From assembly GCA_036172245.1 (NCBI GenBank), contig JAYWIR010000023.1, positions 1,860,001-1,924,000 on the forward strand: a stretch of DNA of 64,000 nt. The letters are read 5' to 3'. The stretch is from Raillietiella orientalis. Lineage: Eukaryota. The position numbers were made by a program, and so were the translations under genes. Positions 13,430 through 26,705 of this stretch are shown here, one piece after another. Positions within the stretch are counted from its first letter, which is position 1. Every line of letters begins with the position of its first letter. Below the pieces are notes generated by a model. The model saw nothing but the letters and a program-made list of their open reading frames with translations. It was not told where the DNA came from and made no database searches.

Positions 13430-16400
13430 GACAAGGAAGATTATTCAACTTCGGAATTCAGCAAGATTTCGTTTTCTTCACGATGACAATTCTCAAGCCG
13501 AAATTCAAGAAAGGAAAACGAAGCACCAACAAAAATAGGCCACGAGCATTTTAGTAGGCATAATTGGCTTTTTTGCTATGCAGCACTTTTTTTAAAGAAA
13601 AAAAAAATGAAAATTTCATACAGAATGATGGATTTGCTTCAAAGGTGCTGCAAGTGGTAGCATTCCTTCATTTCTTGGAGAAGGAACTCTCGTACTGAAA
13701 AGGCGTTTCATCTTTGGAAGACAGATCCTTCATCTCAATGCAGCAAAGGCTAAAAGACGGAATGGAAGATTTTTCTTCAGCCATTAAGCAATGAATTTCC
13801 ACATTTCGGTGTCTTGAAAAAAGAAAGCTGAAAAATTCGACACAATGTATATCAAATTGCTATTTACTTGACTGCCTATGATTTCATCTGTTTTTTTTTT
13901 TTTTCCATACGTGTTCCGGTCGTGAATTCGGCGAAAACAGCAGTCCGTGTTCCCTACTTCAAAGAGCCGTCTGACTGGAATAAGCATAAATTCCCTTTTC
14001 TTGCACAAAAACATGGTAGACTCGTTCTTAGAGAAGGAAGGAATGGACCGAAACGTTTCCACGGGCGGCCCCAAAGCATCGCTTTTGGAAAAAGTCTCCA
14101 CCAAGTGTTGAGACAGGGAACACCATGGCAACCGTCGTCAGGCAGATTGTCTGGCAGAAAAGGATAGATAGCACAATACTTGTAATTTACCATTCGATAG
14201 CATAAGTTGTGGTCACCTCAGCTGGGATTTCACTCTTCGCAGTTTCCGAATGGAAAACCAAGCATGACTGCCGGAGCATTGCTTCTCGTGAAATTCTCAC
14301 TGTCGTATGTGGGAAGACCTCGTTTCTCTTCGGATTGTTCTCTTGCGTCTCAACTGAACAGCAATACATGTGGCGAATTTCCGGGAGACCATAAATGCTC
14401 ATCAGAGCAGGGGAAAACCAAATGACCTCCGAATTAGATCGTTCCAAACAACAGTATACCTGACATCATGTAAGAGGATTTTCAGAAGAATCTTCGTATC
14501 CAATAAGGCACAAGGAATGCAGCAAAAATGAATTTCGAGACCGTAGTAGAGGGGCACGTACCACGTTCAGAAAAACCGCACGAGTACACTCTTCATGATT
14601 TGTACTGAAGTGCAGGTTTAGAGCAGGACTCTGAGTAATGACGATTTCAAAGGGGACAAGCATTCGGAAACATTATTCTCACAGGCAATGGGAAAGGAGA
14701 TCAGGTATTTTCTGGAAGACAATTAACCTCCTTAAGGTGAAGTAGAAGGATCCTAACAAGTTTTTGTTTTTCCGAATAGAATAGTGCCGACGTGCTGATT
14801 ATATCAATGAGAAGCTTCAGTTGTGTACAAATTAGATTATGGATAACAACAGCTCTCGTATTCCCAGCGGGCAGAAGCGTGAAGTATATCCCCTACAAGA
14901 CCCAATTGCGGTATTGCATTCGATTTGTCTTTCTGAAGTTCTCAACCAGCTGCTGTGGCCTCGGTTGTATCAGAAGAAACGTCCGAAAAATTACCATGCG
15001 AGCATCTGTTGCCAACGTTGTCCTTCCTGGCAACCACGAAAGTTCCGAACGAGAAATCCTTCGCGAATCGTACGGCAAATATCAGCTTGATCTTTTCGAT
15101 CTTTCCCCCCCCCCCCCTTTTCTTTCAAAGATGCTGTTAACGCTGATCTTTGAAAAAGCTAAGAAGTTTGCCAACTTGTGCTGGGGTGAATTCTGATTTT
15201 TGTTTATACAGTCAGTTAACTTGGCCTTGGACCTTGGGAACAGGCAAAAACGATTCTGCCCGACTGCTGTTTCACAGAGAAATATCCCCCATTGACGATA
15301 ATTCCGATTGCGTAAATAAAATGCCATGTTATCGTGCTGATCGTTTCGCTCCATCTTTTACAACCAGCAGGCATTCTGGAAGTAATGCAACTGCTGGCGT
15401 GCAAACAAAAACTGTGATCCGGGAAACTTTCGACAGGGCGTGCGGCACAACAGCATTTGATCACGCGCTAAGAAGAAAAATCGAAGCGGAAACGAGCTGA
15501 GATTGCTTTGGCTTTCTTCTCGTCGTTTTTTTTTTTTTTTTTTCTTTTTTTTTTTCCCCCCTTTTGTTTTATCTTGGGGTTTTTGTGTGGTCTCAACATT
15601 TCGCCTGATGCCAAGATCGTTTTCCACCCGCAATAATTCCTGCAAATAACGGAGCCTCACGGAGACACTGCCTTTTCGACTTGGATCGGATCGGCTGCAT
15701 TATCCTGTCACTCCCAATTGGGATAACCAGCCTCGTAGGTTGGAGAGCCGAGATGTGGTTGACGACGGGTTGTTGGTGCGTCCGCGTGGTTAAGGGCTAG
15801 CGGTGGTTTCTTCTTCCCCCTCCCCCCTGCGTTGCTTAGATCACCGCTGCTTGATTGGTGTGCAGTGCTCAGGGGTGCTGCCTGCGACCGCGGATGGGGA
15901 GCCGAATTCCACTGCTTGGCAGCTTGATCTTCGCTTTGGAAACGCTTGTGCAGTTTGATCATCGCGTGGAAAGAAGCAGCCCTCCGCGCGGGAAGGAAGG
16001 AAGGAAGGGGTCGCCAGAGGTCGCCAGTCACCAGAGGCGCCCGCACCACCGGCATTTCGAGAGAATTTCTCCAGTCGCACCTTCTACCAGAGGGAAGAGG
16101 GTTCCACGAGAGCCGAGGAATACGAATTCGCAGCCTTCCCGGAGTCGGAAGCTCTTAACGCAAGAATCCCGCTGAAGTCACATGCCAAGCGGCAGGAGCT
16201 CATAGTTGAAGTCTGGATTGCAGAAATGATGTGTCTGGCAATTTGAAATTACGCTACAATCAATTGTATAACAGCACATTCATTCTTGTGAATGACGATC
16301 ACTTCATTCGAGTAATTATTCGTCGGTGTCATGGAATGGAGTCTTTTCTTCTTCTAAGGAAACGACAATCAGCAGTCTTCTTCCGGAAGATGGAGTCTCC

Positions 16401-17050
16401 GGTGGAAGAGCCTCCGGAATGGACTGGACTGCCTTAGACTAGATTTAACGTTTTATCCCTGGCGGCTGTAAAGCCATCTTGAATTCTGGTCACATTTCGA
16501 GTGCCCGTCACCGAGCTTTGACCTCCTGCCATAACCAGTTCGGAAACTTTCCAGGAAAACGTTTGCTTTCATCAGCAGAGATGAATTTGTTCCCCTGGTG
16601 TGGATCCACGTGCTCAAGGTCGTTCCGACGCTTTCCGTCTCTGCGGACTGCTGAATTCTCTCGGTCGGTCCTGAAAAACTCAGCTTTTGAAAAAGATCAA
16701 TTCACTCCACTCGCGAAGGAAACTGCCAACCTTATTGCATGCCTTCGCTTGAAAACCCGTTCCCCCCCCCCCCTTTGCTTTGTTTGTTTGTTCCCCCCAC
16801 TCCCTCTCTCTACCCCCCGACCCAAGGTCCTTTACCTGTGATCCTGATGGGGAAAAATACTCGAGCGTGATGTACTTCTGCCGGTGATTTTGCATGTCAA
16901 ATCGGAAGCTGTTCCATCGCCAAGAATCCATTTGCCGGATTTCGGAGTCAAACACGGTAAAAATGCAACTGCTCATCTCATTTTCCATCATCACGTCCTT
17001 GAAATGTTCTTGTTTTATGTCTTCTAATCAATCGAGGTAGAGCAGAACTT
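13430..17050 (+). mobile_element. Decayed L1 ORF2 (endonuclease, RT, zf-RVT), interrupted at ~15520-16200
   Basis: KGAASGSIP (~13645), VVNSAK...EPSDWNKH...GPKRF (ORF 13868..14167), PLQDPIAVLHSICLSEVLNQLL (ORF 14839..15090, ~LRQGDPLSP.LF...EVL..LL), RPKVLYL followed by GKIL (~16820-16865, zf-RVT). Confidence 0.7.
15660..16200 (+). mobile_element. Nested GC-rich L1 endonuclease fragment
   Basis: LDHRCL (~15835, ~SDHRPL) followed by an F.F..AW-like segment. It is out of domain order relative to the surrounding RT region, so it is a separate insertion. Confidence 0.45.
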
Positions 17051-17299
17051 ACGTGCAAGTACTGAAGAAATGTCACTAAGCTGAATTCGGTGTGTCCATC
17101 TTCCGTCTTTACGGATCGTTTCGATAGCTACGAAGAATCGCCTCCCGCTTGTGAATATCTCGTCTTAATCTCCAGCTCGGTACGCTGGAACCATTTATTG
17201 GACCATTACGCAAAGATGTCCGCGATTCGCTTTTCCATCTGTATCTGACGTGCGAAGGCGCCCTCCTTCCGGAGTCAACACGCGCGCGAAACCCCCGGG

Positions 17300-19500
17300 C
17301 AGTCGGTGTGTGACTGCCATCGTGCTTCCGTCCGTTGCCCGGGTGGCAGGAATGCAAGAACGATCCAGCCATAGACTGAGCATCACAACGAAGCTCCTGT
17401 GTAATCTGCATGTCATCCTCTGTCATCCTTTAGTGTAGCCGCATGGCATGTAATGCGGACCTGCACAGTGTAACGCGCAGTTACGTGCACGCAAGCACTC
17501 ACTGCCCTTGATGACGTAGGCTCCACAGCTCATGGTCATCGAGAGCTGGGCTGTGGGCCCCGGGCCTGTAGGTGGGCTGTGGAGTCCTTCGAAAACCCCC
17601 CTATTCCCGCTCACTGTACACAAATTGGCTCATTCGAAAAGGAGCGTTCCTGCCTATGAACGCGACGCAGTCGCCACTCTTGCGGCCGTGGAGGGAAAAG
17701 AAGGTGAGGGACTTCCATCAGTGGTCTTCGAGGCTAGTGAGCTCAGTGGGACTTCAATCCCAAAGACTTCCATACGTAGCCATCCCTGGGATTCTGCTTA
17801 TACGTGCGCGTGGAGCACGCACGTTGAATAATCGACGGAAGGGGAAGATACGGAAAGCGTACATCCAAGGCATTCTTGCGCACTGGAGGTCAAAGAAGGG
17901 CACTGAGGCAAGCAGTTGCTTGTAAAAAAAAGGACGTGAGGTGCAGATTTCATTGAGCGGGTCGTTCGAGGAACGGGGGAAAGAGGGATGATCGCCGCTA
18001 AATCCCGAACTGCGTCTCCCGAAGGAACTCGGAAGGAAAGCATCCCCTCTGCTGTCGTAGGCGAGTTCAAATGTTGAGCTTGGCCGGGGTCACTGGCGTT
18101 TTTGTCGCGAGCAGAGATCCAGCGGAGCGCCTCGAACTGGACTTTTTCGGGCACTGAACGCTCCGGTGCGAAAATCGGGACGCTCTCCATGAAGGAATCA
18201 CCCGCTCCGTCGCCAAGGGACACCGCCGTCGGAGGTTTTCGTCAGCGTTCCCGCTTCTTCCTCGTTTCGTACTTTCTTGGCGAATGTTGACGACGACGGC
18301 GTTGAAAGTGTTTCATCGGTCAGCTACGGCGTTTCATTGGATCGCGCTGCGACAACACATTTTTCAGGGGATCAGGGATTATCCTCTTCAGTTTTTTTTT
18401 TACTTCCGAAATGTCCTCCCTCCGTGCTCAGGGCATTCGATCTCCGCTCCCGTGCCGAATCTGGGTCTGACCTTGTTTGACTCGCATCTCCGAAGAAGAA
18501 GAGAGAAAAAAAAATTTCGGAAATGAGAGAGACCCTATGAACGGAAAGGATTCGCTCTCTTGCCTCCGAGTCATCCGCCCGGAGCGCGCAGCTGTGAAAA
18601 CGCCGTCAAGGATAAAAGACGTGTTCCCTGAAGCTCGTTTTGCTTTTTGCATCCGGGTCTCGTGGACCGCGAGCAGATGTTCGCCGAGAAGCGAACCAGG
18701 CAGCTTGGACCTCAGCGTGCCGGCCCTGTCTTTGTGGCCGGCTTCGCTCGTTCCTACGAGAGCCTGCATCAGGACCCCGGTGATCAAAAGAGAGCTTCCA
18801 CGAAGGTGAAGATAGGAGGGGTCTGTTGCGGCGCAACCTTTCTTCCAGTTTCTCCTCTGGTGCTTGGCTCTTGGAACTTGGGTTGGAATGCCATCCTTCA
18901 CGTTCCTCCAGCGCATCCCGTTGCCTAAACCGCAGAATTTTTCTCTTCGAGGGTCCAGTCTCTCGTAATTACAACCTGGAAAAATCTCGCTGCCATCCTC
19001 TTATCCCCCTTTTTGTTCTTACAGCTATTATGCATGCTAATCGTCCCTCGTGCTTTCGAAAACTGATTACGCGTGGAATTTATGACGCGGTCTTATGCAG
19101 AGAGGGAACGGACGTGGTTTGGGCGGGAGAGGAGCGCGCGCTTGCGAAAAGATTGCGCAGAGTTCGATGGTTCGACGGCCGAGAAAATCGGCAGCTTTTC
19201 CTTGAATTTTCGAGAGCCCCCCCCTCTCGACCGGTGCTGCAATCGAATGACTGGGGGCGCGCATCTGCTTCTTTGTTTGGGGGTGGGCGGCGGCGGAGGG
19301 GAGGCGTTTTTGGAGTGTATGTGCCAGCCGACCTCGGCTTCGGAACTCAGTCATGGCTGCAAGCGTTTCGAGATTTGGGTGTCCATGTTGGGTTTACGCT
19401 CGATCCATTTATGTCGTGGCTTTCTACGATTCGAGCTCTGAAGAATGCTTGCCGATTTCTGCACACGAAACCTCCTCTCCCCCCCCCCCCCCACTTTGCA
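17300..19500 (-). mobile_element. 3' half of L1 (D): RT, C-terminal region, RNase H
   Basis: KAxD.W-like at ~19410, LGDGAGDSF (ORF 17798..18223, ~IGDG...SFW), KTTDGSPS (~17720, RNase H NTDG motif). It continues the RT that breaks off at ~22560. Confidence 0.65.
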
Positions 19501-19539
19501 CCCTCCACCTCTCCGGAAGTAACTCCTATTTAGGTTCAG

Positions 19540-20200
19540 ACGCCGATCAGAGACACCCCTTGTGTCTCTGTCGAAATGAGCTTTCTACAACGGAAACGAA
19601 GTGGAATTTACTAGGTTTACTCCTCCTCTTCCTCGAGTTGGTAGGAAAACTCACCTTGCAGGGACACGCAGGCCTTTTCCAGGTTCCAGGAATAGTGCTG
19701 TAGAGTTTTGCAAGGTGGCAGCCTTGGTTAGCGAATCCTAAGTCTCGGCCGACAAACCAATTACCGAAGAACTCGAAATGCACCTGAGATCCCACGGTAA
19801 TTCCCCCCTGTGGGTGGCCACAGAACAAAAACAACAACAAAAAAGAGCCGTCGTCATGGAACTACGTGGATGGAGACATTAATCTGCATATGAATATAAA
19901 CAGCATGGGGTCACATGGGTCTTAGTGGGGCAATATGTTGTCACATGATGCATCACGTACTGGCCTGCTAAGTCCTAAGCGTTCCATGCAATAATGCAGC
20001 TGCAGCATCAGATCTGAGGAAGTGGTTTGCTCGCTTGTTAGTTCGCTTTCTTCCCAAGAGGAATAAATTGAAACTTTCCCTTTCAAGCCTGTTTTCATTT
20101 TTTCTGATGCCAGATGTTCTGAAATCTACTAAACTGGAACTGTCCAAGCTACGATTCGTAATCAAATCAGTACAAGTAATAATAATAATAATAATGAACT
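19540..20200 (-). mobile_element. L1 RT C-terminal fragment
   Basis: ORF 19968..20213 RLERESFNLFLLGRKRTN (~WK...LS.GGR). ORF 19547..19840 GRDLGFANQGCHLAKL (~GLG.RDL..FN.A.LAK). Confidence 0.65.
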
Positions 20201-20279
20201 GATAGCATTGCACTATCCTCTGGCTACTACATCAGTGAAGCGAGGCGAAAGGGTGGTGGTGGATGAGAAGTGGGCAGCA

Positions 20280-22500
20280 GCCAGAGTAGCTCCTCGGTGG
20301 AGTGGACCATCGGAGCAGACTGAAACCAGGATCGATGTGGCACAACTCAAACCCCGTGCGTCTGAACGGACAAAGATCGACCATTTGATGGTTTGCGAAA
20401 CGCCGCCTGAGTGTGGATCGCTCTCCCTTGTCTCATGACCGTGGCACAGCACGGCCTGCGAAACTTGCCCACAGGGAGGCTGCCCGGTTTCCCGACAAAT
20501 CGACCAGTGCACGAGCGGGGTTTTGGGTAAAGTTTTCAACTAGCAATAATCGCACCTCCCTCCGCATCCTCTGGTCCAGCGGCAGCGACACTGTTGTGCT
20601 TTTAAAGGATTTCGCTTTCTCTGTGCATCAAGGTGTTTGAAGCGGATTTTCTCTGTCTTTCGATCCAACGGGTTTCCAAATAGCCCTCTGATTCTTCCTG
20701 AAATTCTTCTTCATCTCGTTTACAGTTCATATTGTTTTGTGACTGGCTTTTGCGAAGCGATCGTCGTTTCCATCCGCTTAGCCACCTTAAGTGGACAGTG
20801 GGATAAGAGGACCTTCAAGCTCTCAATTTGGTCGGAAGGCATCGTCAGCGGACGTGCCTTCCGACGCTTCGCAACGGGCGGTCAATCTGCTGAGCCAGCT
20901 GGAAGACCGGAAAACTCGCCGCGAAACCTTCGTATCGTTCGGGATTTCATCAGCAACCCCTGACCGCCCTCCGCTGACGACTGACGATCGTGCTCCGGGA
21001 GTTCAAACTCCAAAATTTCCACTCGTCCAAAGCACACACATCCCTACCATATGGTTCATAGACAGCCGCCTCTACTCGACCCATCCAACACCACTGCCTG
21101 CACAATTATCCTTCTGTCAGGCGTGTTCTACCCTTCGCATATAACAGAAGCCAATAGATGTCTCGACCCAACTACCCGTTGGCCTATACGAACCAGGAAA
21201 CCTTGCGAATCTGAAAGTCCCTTTTGTCGTGAGCCAGGAAGCAGATGGTGTTCCGTTGCTAAGAGCTGTAAGCAAAGTCAGAGAGGCGGCGGTGAGGGGC
21301 GGCGAGGTGTTATGGGAATGATGGGAACGCACATAGTGTGCGTTCCTGTGTGGCGAGAGGGTTGATGGGTTGATGAAGAAGAGGAGGAGGGACAGGGTGG
21401 GAAAGATTTCGACTGAAGCGTTTCTTGCCATTTTATTGGGTGGTGGGGCAAGGGTTCATCCGTCAACCTACGCATCGTGACTGCGTTGAGTGGTGGGTGG
21501 GGAAGGGAACAGTGAAGGAGCAAGAGTCCAGCAATCATTGGTTGGTTCATGGTCATCTTGTTTATGGAGATAGAAGGGTTCTTTCAGCGTGAGGGTAATT
21601 GTGTGATGGCGAGGAAATAAGTAGAGGGAGGGTAAAGCTCTTGAACAGTTGCAAGGAAGGCAATCAGCCCTCAAGGCAAGATGCGTGGAACCTGTTTGGT
21701 TCCCATTTGATTTTGCCTGCAACTTGCCAAGCGACTGCCGCTTTGTCTGGTACACCTCGGACTGGGCATGAGCTGCAGGCTGCGAAGCCGTTGCAGTTGA
21801 CGGAAGTGGGACGGGGAAGGAGGGAGGGTGCACCGAATTTCCCAAGTAGTCGCATGCCGTGGGTGAACGAAAGAGAAAGCACAACGCGCTCAGCAACTCG
21901 CGCAGGTTGGACGCGCGAGAGAAGCTGCAGGCGTCTGCAGACGTTTGGGGGAAACGGCAACGAGCAAGTCGAAAGAAGATGAGGACTGCTGCTGACCCGA
22001 CATACTTCTCCAGTGAGAAAATTTACGAACGAAAATCTCTGAAAGCCAAAAACTGCTCCATTGCTGGTTGAGGGAAGGAGGAACGGTTGGGTGGGAGCGA
22101 GGGGGAGGGGGGGGATCGTGCCGACCCTTAGATTTCTGCCACCAAAGAAGAATGGGAACAGCTGCTACGCTGATCAGCACGTTGGTCATTTTTGAAATCA
22201 GTTTGGTGCTTGGGAGCAGCTCGATCCAGAGAAGACAAATACAATGAGGAATTCCCATCCTGCATTTGCTTATTGTGACAAAGAGAAGAACGAAATGGCG
22301 ATGGGATGCATTCAGGAGACGTATGGAAGGATCCAACGCGGCCCGATGATGAATCAGCGATTTGCAGAGAGGAAGGATTTGTGGCTTTTTCAGGACACTT
22401 AGTCGCATTTGCCTACAAAGCGCGGTTGCTGGTACCATTTGGCGAAAGAGATGATGATCTCTTTCATCAAACAGTACTGTATTGTTGTACTCATTAGTAC
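20280..22500 (+). mobile_element. 5' part of an L1 (leader, ORF1, start of ORF2) nested in L1 D
   Basis: ORF 20637..20963 has a DUF4283-like pattern. KPCESESPFCREPGSRWCSVAKSC (ORF 21051..21365) resembles the YE..P.FC..C...GH....C zinc knuckle. Confidence 0.55.
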
Positions 22501-25500
22501 TTGTACTAATCCTCACAAGCCCTATAATAAACGCTTGTTAAGATTACCTATAAAGAGGGGGGAGGAGAGACAGGGATGAAAGCATGATCCTATTTTCACC
22601 CAAAAGACCGTTTGTCAAAGTTCAGGAAGCAGGGATAGAGGAAAGGCGCTCTGTGCATCGATCCGGAGGTTCTCCTGCGTTCTGGTTCCTTACTTTTCTG
22701 AAAAGGGTTTCTGGTGAGGAACGAAACGGAGCAGCGGGGTCTCAACCAAACGGGTCTTCGCTCTTTGGAAGACTCCACTCTCGTCTCCCGTCTTCCTCAC
22801 GACACACTATGAACCTCATCCTACCTTTCTTCCCTTCTCCTCTTGCACGAGATTTGTACTCCTCCAGACAGAGTTGTGCCGGCATTCACCGTCTTCTGGT
22901 CAGGGGCGAGGACCTCCGTCTCTCCTTCATCATTTCCTCCAGGAGATAAAGGAAAAAAAAAACTCAAAAACAGACGACCAGGTTCGGTGCTCGAAGGTCT
23001 CTTCGGCCCCAGAAATCGCTCAGAGACAAAAAGGCATGGAAACAGTCACAGAACGCCTCACTCACATCCGCCAGTCTTCCATGTGGCTCCTACACCTTTT
23101 CCCATGGCTTTCCTCCAACAGGAAACGGAGGCCGGCTTGCCCCCCTCCCTCTATTTGTCGGGGTCCTTCGAGAGTCCTACGGACAGCGCCTCCTCTTCTC
23201 CGACGATCTCGGGCGTCACCACTAAAGCTTCCTCCTCCATTGGATGGCACCCTTCGTTGGACGGGACGGGTGGAAGTCTGGATGGAGCCGAATCCGGGCT
23301 GCGTGCCGCGTCGAGGCGCAGTTTTGTTTGGCCTCTGCTGCGTCTGCAAGTCGCGCAGGGTTCGGTCCTTTGCCATCTCTTGAGGGATGTGGCAAAGGAC
23401 CGATGCTTCCCTCGAGCACAAGACAGATGTATGCCTGCGGAGTCTCTTCCAGACAGTCACTGCTCAGGATTCTTCCTTGCTCTTTCCCTCCACGGCACCG
23501 ACACAAAAAAAACATTCTGAAGATGAGCGGCAGCTGTGTTCAGCTTGGCATTTCCTCCTCTTCTGCGTCTCACACCTTTCTCTTGGAATCCAGCCGAGCT
23601 TCCACCTAGGCCGCAGCCTCCGTCGTTTCTAGGACACCCGCAGATATCCTCGCCGACTTTTTAAGAACTCAAGCTACATCCTTCTCTCTGCACGTAGTGC
23701 CATTTCGCCACCAAACGCCATTCCTAACGGCGGCTGCGTCCCTTTGACATCTAGCGGGGAGTCCTGGAACGAAGCAAACCCAAGTTTGCCCTGCTGCAGC
23801 GAGGACAGTTTTTTTTTTCCCCCTACTGGAGGGGGAAGGTGGAGAAGGGACCTCCAGATGTGATGCCCTCAGTGCATTCAACCAGCGGACGAAGCCTTGG
23901 GGGCTGTACGGAGTCAGACGCAAAAAAAACCTTCGCCCCCGGACCTGATTCCTCCTCTCCCGTTCTGCTGGAGCAGTGCGCTGCCCGCATCATCCGACCC
24001 GTTGCCCGACTTGGAGGCAACCGCGACCTGACGGGCAGACGGATGCCGCCGCCGGCCTCCGGATCTCGCGGCAGGGAGGCAGAAGCTGTCTCGTGGGTCA
24101 TTGGCCCTCCTCCACCGCCGCCTCGCCAGCGGCCAACAGCCTCTCGGGATCTCGGGCGGATCCAGCCGACGTCTCCCAGCAGGGCGATCCAGAGATCAAA
24201 CCTCGCAGATAGTGGCCTCGGGCCAAGACGCTCTGTTGCCCGAAAGGAGATCACCGGTCGTCCCCTCAGGGATCTCCTTCCTCCGCTGGCATCTCGTCGC
24301 ACCCAACTCGTTCCCTCCTTCCAGAGAAGGTCAAGGGAGAGGGGAAGGGCGGCTCCCTGCAGTCTTCTTCGCTTCCCTGGAGCGAGGTCAAAGGTCATCC
24401 GTCGTCATTCCCGGCCAGCAGGCACTACTGCCTCTTGTTGAGTCTCCGGGATGCCCGAACTGGCGCGCGCCTCAGGCTGGTCACGAGGACGGGCGGAGGA
24501 AGCGGCATCCACGACGATCGACGGCGGGCAGGGCGTGGCTACGGCAAGAACGCGCGCGAACGCGGGCAATTCCCTCTCCGCACTCCCGGACCTGTCGCGC
24601 GTGCCTCAGGACGGACGCCCCTGGTAGGCAGCTGGTGCTACCACGCTTCGGGACGCTGCACAGACGTGGGATCTGAACCGTTCTCACATGGGGGGAGGTG
24701 GGGAGCGCACACATCCAGAAGAAGTCCCCATTCTCCTCCTCTTCCGCCCTGAAGTGTGATACGGGCATGGACTGCTCGCCGCCATGTCCACTCGCATCCC
24801 TTCCGCCCACTCCTGCCGCTTGGACTGCCTCTATGCCGCGCGGATAGGCTACTTCAGACCCTCCCCCACTTCCCATACCCCCTCCTCCCCCCGAAAAAAG
24901 AAGAAAAAAAAAACTGTACTGCCTTCATGGCCTCTCATGGGTCGCGCCCTTATTCTTCGATGGTCAGCAGAAGTGCTGCGAACCGTCCGGTAAGCCTCTT
25001 TATCGCCCGACGGGTGGAACTGCTCTGCAGCGGCGGCGAGACGCCCCAGGGTCTAGCGGCAAAGGATGGGGGAGGGCAGAGACGGCCTTCCCGATCCAGG
25101 ACGCCCTCCGGCCTTGCCCCCACCGTCGCCCTGTCAGGGCCCGGTCGCCAAGGGCGAGGCTCCGGACGGCTGCCCGAAGCGACGTGCTACCGGGAGCGAG
25201 CGGGGGAGTTCCTTGAACTTCCGGATGCGCCGATGGGTCACGCAACGGCCTCCGACCTGAGCGCTCTGCGCCTCCGCCTGCAAACTTACACTTCCTTTTC
25301 CTCCTCCTCCTCCTCCCCACCCCTTCAACCCCGCGCCTTCTCGCCGGGGGGAGCAGCAGCAGTATCTGGGGACCATCGGATGCGGTGGGCCGGACGATTC
25401 CGGAGCCACTTGATGGGGACGGCACCGTGTCTCCCAGCTCTGCGTGTCCCACGGCAACTCCGGACGGCGCGAGCAGCTTCTCTTCTCAAGGGGACGAGAA

Positions 25501-26274
25501 AGGACGAAAGTGCGGCGAGGATAATGAAAGGCCACCCGGAGATTCCTCCCCCTGGGAGAAGTGTGTGCGTGACGACTGGCTACGAAAGAGGGAGTGGTCA
25601 GAATGTCGCCTCGTGGGCTGATTCCGGAGCAACCCACGTCCACTGGTCCAAAACACAGGCCCCTGGGGATCAAGTCCGCCCTGAGAGGGAGCTCCGGCAC
25701 GGCCGGCAGCAATACCTCGACCCGGCTGAGTCGTGCCATCCTCACGACAGAGGCGCAGCGGGCGAGTTTCCCGAGACGACGCCTGCGGCGGCAGGAGTCT
25801 CCAGACACTCCTCTCCGTGCGCGCACCTGCCACCACGTCGGGGGGAGGGGTCCTCGGGCGGAACCCCGGCTGGTCGCCACACGGCTGCAACCCATTTCAG
25901 GCTGCGGGTGCCGGGCGCAGCAGCGGCAGCGGCGCGAACTGGGCCGGCGTTGAGCCTCGTTGGTCAGGAGGCGAGGTGGCCGCCCTGGAGATGCCTATTG
26001 GCGGGAGTGCGTCTCTGGTGCGGAGTCCCGTCCGGATGAGTCCCTGCTTCGTGCTGCTGCTCACGAGGCTCACTGCTGGAGGATTTTCGCGTGTGGGGGA
26101 CCTCTCTCTCTTGGCCGGGAGGGAACGGGAAGAGTCTCGAAACCACAGGGCCTGGTGGCTGAAGATCTGGAACGACACGTGACCTGTCTCAAAAAATTGA
26201 GCAACTCTTCAAGTTAGGGGGGAAGTGAATCCAGGAAGGGCTCCGGAGAAGGGAGTCCGTTCCTCTCACGCTTA

Positions 26275-26473
26275 GGAGGGAACCCCGAAGGGAACCAACT
26301 CTTCATTGTTCTCTCCGGAGGCCCCCCCGGAAAGGATTCGCTCCTTGTTCCTTCCTCTGAAGAGAACTCCGAAGGGACGCTTCCCTATTTTCTCTGAAGG
26401 GCGCTCCCCGGAGGGAGCAGCGCGCTTCTTGCACTCTGGAGAAGCAACGCCCGAGGGGGTATCGACCAGCTCC
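26275..26473 (-). repeat. Array of ~5 degenerate ~40-nt hairpin monomers in L1 5' leader
   Basis: Minus-strand units include gggaagcgtcccttcggagttctcttcagagg, ggagcgaatcctttccggggggcctccggagag and agagttggttcccttcggggttccctcc. Confidence 0.75.
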
Positions 26474-26705
26474 ATGGTACTCCATTGCACTCGGCTCCCT
26501 TTTCACAACCGGAGGGCAACCTCGAAGACCTCTATTCCTCAAAGGACCCCGGAGGGCCCACTTCCATCACGGCCAACCAAAGGGGGTATCCGGCTTCTAC
26601 CAGTGCCTTACTACAAGCCTGTAGGCCAACTAGCGCTATCCTGCGGGGAGGAGGGGGGGAGGACTCGTAACCCACGACACACCCATTTCTCTGGCGTCGA
26701 TCCTT

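Noticed and set aside
24756..26039. Longest ORF (427 aa, + strand) as a host gene
   Set aside because: It is an Arg/Pro/Ala/Gly-rich, domainless shadow ORF in GC-rich DNA, antisense to L1 ORF1 motifs. The same applies to the other long ORFs at 29-33 kb.
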